Source of the DNA: Candidatus Thorarchaeota archaeon
Lineage (GTDB): Archaea; Asgardarchaeota; Thorarchaeia; Thorarchaeales; Thorarchaeaceae
Assembly: GCA_048882385.1 (NCBI GenBank)
Contig: JBHLRQ010000003.1
Span: 1 to 64,000 of the forward strand
DNA length: 64,000 bases
Reading direction: 5' to 3'
Shown: in pieces, positions 58,352-64,000 of the stretch
Position numbering within the stretch: position 1 is the first letter of the stretch
Layout of the letters: the number at the start of each line of letters is the position of its first letter
Made by a program: the position numbers and the translations under genes
Notes under the pieces: model-generated
Databases searched by the model: none
What the model saw: only the letters and a program-made list of their open reading frames with translations
What the model was told of the DNA's origin: nothing

Positions 58352-60361
58352 GTGGATGAAGGTAGAGCGCCTAAGAAGCGTAGAGGCACATTTCTACTTT
58401 TCACCACAATTCTTGTTGTAGCGACCATCACAGGGTTGTATGCCATTCCTCCATCTTTTACTGTTCCAGATCTTTCTGTGCGAGTAGCAGTGATTGACTC
58501 TGGCATCAATACTGATCAAGAATTAGAAACTAGAGTAGTTGCAAGTAAGAGTTTCATTAATACAACATTCGGCTATACTGGAGATGATAACTCAACTACT
58601 GACAGCAGTCCCAGTAACATTGCTCATGGAACCTATATTGCCAAGATTATTGCCTTGGAAGCACCAAATGTAGCTATAGTGAATGCAAAGGTTGTTTCCG
58701 AGAATAATGTGGCAACACCATTAGGTATTGTTGAAGCCATTCGATGGGCAGTTCAGGAGGAGAATTGCAGCGTAATCAACCTCAGTCTTGGTTTTTCGCC
58801 AATACTTGATGATTTTGTGAGGTCTACAATTCAATGGGCTTTTCAACATGGTGTTTCAATTGTTGCTGCTGCTGGGAATGATGGAGAAAATGGTATATCT
58901 GGAAGCTCGGTTGAGTCCCCTGCTATATATCCTGAAGTGATTGCGGTAGGGGCACTTGACGAATCAAATTCCCTCTATTCTTTTTCATCGATAGGTCCAT
59001 TGAGAAACCGCATTGTTAAACCTGATATTTCAGCCAGTGGATTCTACAAGGACAGCAGACTGACAGTTGTTGGAACAAGTTTTGCGGCTCCTATTGTAGC
59101 AGCAGGGATAGCGCGAATTATTGCACATTGCATTAGCAATGAATGGAGTTGGACTCCGGGAATGATAAAAGCAGCAATAATGATCAGTGCAGCTAAACTT
59201 CCATATGAAGAATGGGAGGTTGGAGCAGGTCTTTTTGATCTCGAAACCGCTTTTATCTATATCAACAATGCGCAGAAACCAGAAGGTCTTCCTCTAATCG
59301 CTGCTATAACTCCTACAGAGAGTCCTTTCTCTTTCGAGAGATATTTTATCAATCATACTACAAAGATACCTGTATCAATTTTCACTAGCAACCTTGTGAC
59401 TTTCAATCTAGCTTATAGAGGCGATGACAGTGAATGGCTTCGTGGACCATCAACAGTCACTGTGAATCAGTCAGGTATATTCACTCTTGACTTGAAAGTA
59501 GTTGCTAACAATACATTAGTGGGTCTTGAGGCTTTTATTTCTCTATATGCCTCTGGATATTTGAATATGCGATTTGAAATGGAATTTGATGCTCGAGCTG
59601 CCTACAAGGAGATTGCTTTAGATATCAGTCATACTTCTTGGTCAATTGACTCATCGTATGGTCAGTTCCGGGAACTCTATCGAATGTTAACAAAATTTGG
59701 CATTTCTGTAGATGAACTAAGATATCCTGAGAACCTCACAACTAGCGTTCTCTCCTCCTATGATGCAGTTTTCGTTCTTGATCCCTGCGCTTGGGATTAT
59801 GTGGTTGATAATGATGGCTACTCATTTTCGAGGACTGGAGTTTTCTCCTACAGCTCGGAAGAAATTGCGGCGTATGTTACCTACTACAATCAAGGTGGGA
59901 ATCTCTTCTTCGCAGCACTATCTAATTCGAGTATAGATCAGCAAAGTGCAAATGACTTGTTCACTCAGTTCAATCTAACCCTCAACAATGATTATGTTCC
60001 GGTAATTACGATTGCTATCAATGGCATGGTTTCAACCGAACTGGTTACCAAAATGGTGGATCATGTCATAACTAGGAGGATTGATTCATTTGATTATAAT
60101 GGATGTTCACTGAACTATACAGGCGATGCCTATGAAATTGCATGGGTTGAGGTGATGCAACGATATGAAAATGGAACACAATATACTCAAAAAAAGACAG
60201 TTCTGGTGGCATCCGAGAATAGTCACGGAGGCAGATTCATAGCTGCAGGTAGTAATTTCTTCTTAGATAATTGGGCTCTTAGCAACAGGTACAGATCTGA
60301 CCAAAATCTCAAACTAGTATTGCAATCCGTTTATTGGCTGTTGGACATCTTGAATGATTAG
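58352..60361 (+). CDS. Membrane-anchored S8 subtilase with C-terminal GATase-like domain (site-1-protease-like)
   Basis: Triad IDSG, HGT, GTSFAAP; AAAGNDG; N-terminal TM; C-terminal domain ending GGRFIAAGS..LDN. Confidence 0.88.
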   Translation: MDEGRAPKKRRGTFLLFTTILVVATITGLYAIPPSFTVPDLSVRVAVIDSGINTDQELETRVVASKSFINTTFGYTGDDNSTTDSSPSNIAHGTYIAKIIALEAPNVAIVNAKVVSENNVATPLGIVEAIRWAVQEENCSVINLSLGFSPILDDFVRSTIQWAFQHGVSIVAAAGNDGENGISGSSVESPAIYPEVIAVGALDESNSLYSFSSIGPLRNRIVKPDISASGFYKDSRLTVVGTSFAAPIVAAGIARIIAHCISNEWSWTPGMIKAAIMISAAKLPYEEWEVGAGLFDLETAFIYINNAQKPEGLPLIAAITPTESPFSFERYFINHTTKIPVSIFTSNLVTFNLAYRGDDSEWLRGPSTVTVNQSGIFTLDLKVVANNTLVGLEAFISLYASGYLNMRFEMEFDARAAYKEIALDISHTSWSIDSSYGQFRELYRMLTKFGISVDELRYPENLTTSVLSSYDAVFVLDPCAWDYVVDNDGYSFSRTGVFSYSSEEIAAYVTYYNQGGNLFFAALSNSSIDQQSANDLFTQFNLTLNNDYVPVITIAINGMVSTELVTKMVDHVITRRIDSFDYNGCSLNYTGDAYEIAWVEVMQRYENGTQYTQKKTVLVASENSHGGRFIAAGSNFFLDNWALSNRYRSDQNLKLVLQSVYWLLDILND

Positions 60362-60741
60362 AGCAATGGTGCAATTTTCTCGACAGCAGTGTTTGCCGCG
60401 TATACGAGAAGACCTGTCTTTATTCCCTTGCTTGCTGCAAGTACCAAGATTGCTTTTTCACCAGCGCTTTTCATTATCATAAGACCTTTCTCGTTCGTCA
60501 TAAGTATCTCTTCTAGAGTACCCTGATCCATTCTTTCTGCAGCCAAGTCCGCAACTCCAAGAATTGACGCGGCCATAGCAGCAATCTCTGCTTCTTCAAG
60601 ACCTTGGGGTACAGCTGAAGCGATTGGAAGACCTTCTTTTGATAGAAGCATCCAGGCTCGAATACCTGCAGTAAGCGCTGTGGCTTCTTCCATAATTTGT
60701 CTTAGCTTCCCTTGTAATTCTTCGAAGCTAGGATCAAACAT
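60358..60741 (-). CDS. Roadblock/LC7 domain protein
   Basis: LLSKEGLPIAS..P, IAAMAASIL, G.LEEI. Confidence 0.92.
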   Translation of the reverse strand: MFDPSFEELQGKLRQIMEEATALTAGIRAWMLLSKEGLPIASAVPQGLEEAEIAAMAASILGVADLAAERMDQGTLEEILMTNEKGLMIMKSAGEKAILVLAASKGIKTGLLVYAANTAVEKIAPLL

Positions 60742-60905
60742 TATGGGTGGTCACTCCTTTCTCTCACTAGGATGGTTGTGATTTGTAGATGCGCATTAAT
60801 AAAGTTTAGTTGCTGGGGCCAGTTCCATCATTCTAGAGGGCAAATGCTACATATTGATAGGGAAGGAACTTCATTATGTAGACAAAGAATACGGATGGTC
60901 ATCAA

Positions 60906-61514
60906 TTGGTTCACAAACTTGGATCACTTAGTGAGAACAATTCTACTCTTGGTTGGAAAAAAGGCGTCAGAGTACTTGGTGTGTCTGAGAGTTTTGAAAA
61001 GTCTGCATCAAAAAGCGTCCTAGCTGGCGTCATCATGCGAGCAGATATTCGAATTGATGGCTTTGGTGTATGCTTTCCAACGATTGGTGGAACTGATTCT
61101 ACTACTGAGCTATTGTCGCTTTATTCAGATTTGAAGAGAGAGGATATTCGTGCCTGGATGCTTGGAGGAAGTGTTATCTCCTGGTTCAATATTATTGATA
61201 TCAAAACACTACACAAGAAGACTAAGATCCCGGTTATCTGTATATCCTATCATCCTTCTGAAGGAATTGAGAAGTATTTGCATGAGTACTTTCCAGAGGA
61301 TTCTAATGAACGACTCGAGCTCCTCAAATCAAGCGGTGATAGAGTTGAGGTCCAACTATCTACAGGACATTCAGTCTTTCTTATCGCAGTGGGCATAAGT
61401 GTAACGCGCGCAAGGAAACTTGTTGACAAATTCACAATTGATGGAAGAGTTCCTGAACCCATTCGTGTTGCCCGTACAATTGCAGCTGGCCTTCAACGAA
61501 CCTTGTCATTATGA
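60906..61514 (+). CDS. DUF99 / endonuclease V-like protein
   Basis: RVLGVSESF, GG.DST, SWFNIID, PEPIRVA. Confidence 0.85.
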   Translation: MVHKLGSLSENNSTLGWKKGVRVLGVSESFEKSASKSVLAGVIMRADIRIDGFGVCFPTIGGTDSTTELLSLYSDLKREDIRAWMLGGSVISWFNIIDIKTLHKKTKIPVICISYHPSEGIEKYLHEYFPEDSNERLELLKSSGDRVEVQLSTGHSVFLIAVGISVTRARKLVDKFTIDGRVPEPIRVARTIAAGLQRTLSL

Positions 61515-61526
61515 GGAAACTCAATA

Positions 61527-62189
61527 CTACTTTCTACTGATTTCATCAAGTTGAATCCCCCTCTTCTTGGCATTATTCAAATGCTCCATGTATAGTTCCC
61601 AAAATATAGATGATATAATAGGGATGTCTAAGAGATCAAGTCTTTCATGACTGGAAAGGAAGAATTGATTGAGAACTTCTGGAGAAACTCCTGATGTTTC
61701 AAGTGCAAGAGCATGGATGAGCATGTCCAGTACATCTGCACCCATTACTATTCTACTCTCAACTGTTTTTGCTTTCTCCATTTCATCCCATAGTTCCAGT
61801 ATCCAGGATTCAAAACTGGATTTTGTCTTAGCAATTTGTGAAATCGCATCTCTTTCCAGTTTTTTCTTAATCCTTGCCAAATCATCTCCCCCACTTTTTG
61901 ATACTGAATGTGGTATATCAGAAGTAAGTGCTTCAGGAAGGTCATGAATCAGAGCCATAGATATGACCTTACTTTGATCAACAATCCCGTCACAATCAAT
62001 CATTTCTCTCGAGATTAGCAAAGACAGAATTGCCGTTCCATAGGAATGCTCACTCACTGATTCAGATTGTGAGTGATTTACTCCTACTAAAGCCCAACCT
62101 GTTCTATTCACTCTTTTCAAAGTTTCACTATATTTCACCAGATGAATAATTTCTTTCACAGCTTTCATTTTTTGAAGCTCCTGGCTCAC
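61527..62189 (-). CDS. HD-domain phosphohydrolase (YfbR/HDDC2-like)
   Basis: LK.V.RTGW, ESVSEHS, HDLPEA..SDIP, AD.LD. Confidence 0.9.
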   Translation of the reverse strand: MSQELQKMKAVKEIIHLVKYSETLKRVNRTGWALVGVNHSQSESVSEHSYGTAILSLLISREMIDCDGIVDQSKVISMALIHDLPEALTSDIPHSVSKSGGDDLARIKKKLERDAISQIAKTKSSFESWILELWDEMEKAKTVESRIVMGADVLDMLIHALALETSGVSPEVLNQFFLSSHERLDLLDIPIISSIFWELYMEHLNNAKKRGIQLDEISRK

Positions 62190-62245
62190 TTGTTTTCAAA
62201 AAGAGAAAAAGTGGAGGACTTGAGCCTCCATAAAACGACCAGTAT

Positions 62246-63361
62246 CTAAGGTAGAGTGCTTTCTACGATTATCGAACCATTTACAATGGCGGATCGGTAA
62301 TCAATAGTTACATTCAACATGAAGTCTGTTACCCACAAATCACTTCTGAACTCTAAAAGGTCCGAGAGTTCAACACCATCATTTTCTAGATTGTATTGAT
62401 CTGTGATGCCACCCTCAAATGCGAACCATAATGTTGCATTTATCACCCTAGCAATTGCTAGATCTGAACGAGGAACAACACTAGCAACAATCCATGATGG
62501 ACCTGCAGCAATGTTAATATCTGGATTCCCAAGATAGTTCTGATCGCCCTCTGCAGCGATCACAAAGGGTTCTCTTCCAGCGATGTCAGAAAAGTATGTT
62601 GAATTCGCCCTATCCATAGCAGTTCTTACTCCCATAATGCTTCCTCGTACAGGAGCATAAATCACTGTTGCATTTCCTTGTAAAGGACTGAATATAGAAT
62701 ACGCTAAGGTCTCAGCGGTGGCAGTATCATTGAAAGAACCAACATATTCTGCTGGTAATAATGTTACATTTAGGTTGTATGTCGTGTTTGCATGCTCAAG
62801 TCCCTGTATGAATCCTGCAATCAATCCTTCTACAGTTGAATCACCCTCAACTGAACCAAGGATTCCGACAATATTACTTCTATTGACATTACCAGTAGCC
62901 AAGAAAGCAGCAATAGATCCTGCAAGAAATGCGGCTTCATGTTGAGCAAATGTTGCTGCCGCAACATTGTCTAAAGCCAATGATGGAACTCCTCCAATCA
63001 AAGCAAACTTTTGATTCGGATAATTACCTGCAGCATCAGTTATTGCGCCACTGAGTCCATCGCCGATAGCGATGATGAGGTCGTGTGTCCCAGCTGCAGC
63101 TATACTTTCCATCGTGTCTCTCGCTTCTGCAGCAGTATTTTCAACAATGAAATCATAGTTTACAACAACGTCAACATCCTCCAAGCCCTCGTAAGCTTGG
63201 TCTGCCATGCTCAAATCTCCAAATCCTGGATCCAGAACCACGATAGCAATGTTTGAAGGAGCATACTGATTAGTTATAAAGACAAATCCGCCGACTGCGG
63301 CAAATACTAGTATCACAATGATAAAGGATGATATCACGCCTGACCTTGAGCTCAAAATCAT
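62246..63361 (-). CDS. BMP family ABC transporter substrate-binding protein
   Basis: GFGD.S, DLIIAIG, YP.QKFALI, F..HEAAFLAG; N-terminal TM anchor. Confidence 0.85.
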   Translation of the reverse strand: MILSSRSGVISSFIIVILVFAAVGGFVFITNQYAPSNIAIVVLDPGFGDLSMADQAYEGLEDVDVVVNYDFIVENTAAEARDTMESIAAAGTHDLIIAIGDGLSGAITDAAGNYPNQKFALIGGVPSLALDNVAAATFAQHEAAFLAGSIAAFLATGNVNRSNIVGILGSVEGDSTVEGLIAGFIQGLEHANTTYNLNVTLLPAEYVGSFNDTATAETLAYSIFSPLQGNATVIYAPVRGSIMGVRTAMDRANSTYFSDIAGREPFVIAAEGDQNYLGNPDINIAAGPSWIVASVVPRSDLAIARVINATLWFAFEGGITDQYNLENDGVELSDLLEFRSDLWVTDFMLNVTIDYRSAIVNGSIIVESTLP

Positions 63362-63501
63362 GCCTCCGGGGTCGTTAGCCTCGATGCTTTTGACCATAGA
63401 TAAAAACTTGTTGCTCTAAGAAGGTTATACTCCATAGAAGGGTTTTCATTGGTCTTTTTGGACATGTTTCCAAATAGAGCATCAGTTATAAATACGGACG
63501 C

Positions 63502-64000
63502 ATGACTGAACACGAGCTAACAACGCAGGTGTATACAATGCCAGGAGAAACACTTGGAGAGGTAGCTGCTCTATTAGAAGAAACTCTCAAAGTGCATAGG
63601 TCTGTGAAGAATGCGGTATTATGTACCAAAGAAGGCGTTGTCGTTGCAGCTGTAGCTCGCGATGGAGAAACAGACCCTAGGTTGGTAGCCACTGTTTCTT
63701 CAGCGCTAGTCTGGGGTGGTGCCTCTGCACTAACTCATCTCAAGGCTTCTGGTCCAACACATTTAATTCATACGACAACTATTGAACGGATTTTGACTAT
63801 TGTTCAACCCCATTACCATCTTGTTGTAATAATTTCACGAGCTGATGATGCTGGATTAAACTTGGAGTCCCTAATACCTGCTTTCCAGTCACTTTCCACA
63901 AGGATGGAGCTTGTTATGGGGTCGACAATAGCATTTGGGAAACAAACAATCTTAGGCACGATTGTTGAAGAAATTCCTGAAGTAACACAAGGCATTCTAC
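63502..64000 (+). CDS. Roadblock/LC7 domain protein, probably tandem domains (3' partial)
   Basis: Not in ORF track (runs off end); translated by hand: MTEHEL...AVLCTKEGVVVAA...LVATVSSAL...EEIPEVTQGIL. Confidence 0.7.
   Translation, partial: MTEHELTTQVYTMPGETLGEVAALLEETLKVHRSVKNAVLCTKEGVVVAAVARDGETDPRLVATVSSALVWGGASALTHLKASGPTHLIHTTTIERILTIVQPHYHLVVIISRADDAGLNLESLIPAFQSLSTRMELVMGSTIAFGKQTILGTIVEEIPEVTQGIL

Overview
Gene-dense archaeal chromosome segment, almost certainly from an Asgard archaeon (inferred from Top6A, RadA, aRF1 and geranylgeranyl reductase together with two Rab-like GTPases and three Roadblock/LC7 genes; Thorarchaeia is a plausible but unverified guess). 1-22 kb: information-processing/housekeeping genes (top6A, radA, purA, pheST, aRF1, inositol-1-P synthase, SSB) mixed with eukaryote-signature-like genes. 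22-50.6 kb: a large anaerobic catabolic island (two FAD/Fe-S oxidoreductase pairs, KDG kinase/KDPG aldolase, a glycyl-radical enzyme, URO-D-like protein, APC permease, two DUF917 proteins, hydantoin racemase-like protein, nucleotidyltransferase-like/metallophosphoesterase pair, F420-type LLM reductase, tungsten AOR). 50.8-64 kb: mixed genes including a C25/gingipain-like protease and a site-1-protease-like subtilase. Best leads: an unannotated ~245-nt highly structured RNA at ~21108-21352 upstream of an RGG-tailed OB-fold gene; a Cas4-like nuclease apparently split into two separately membrane-anchored proteins; a Rab-flanked PTAP/Vps28C-like protein; a TPR protein carrying W-acidic and LFP motifs. 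No tRNA, rRNA, CRISPR array or transposase was seen. All family assignments come from motif recognition by eye, not database searches.
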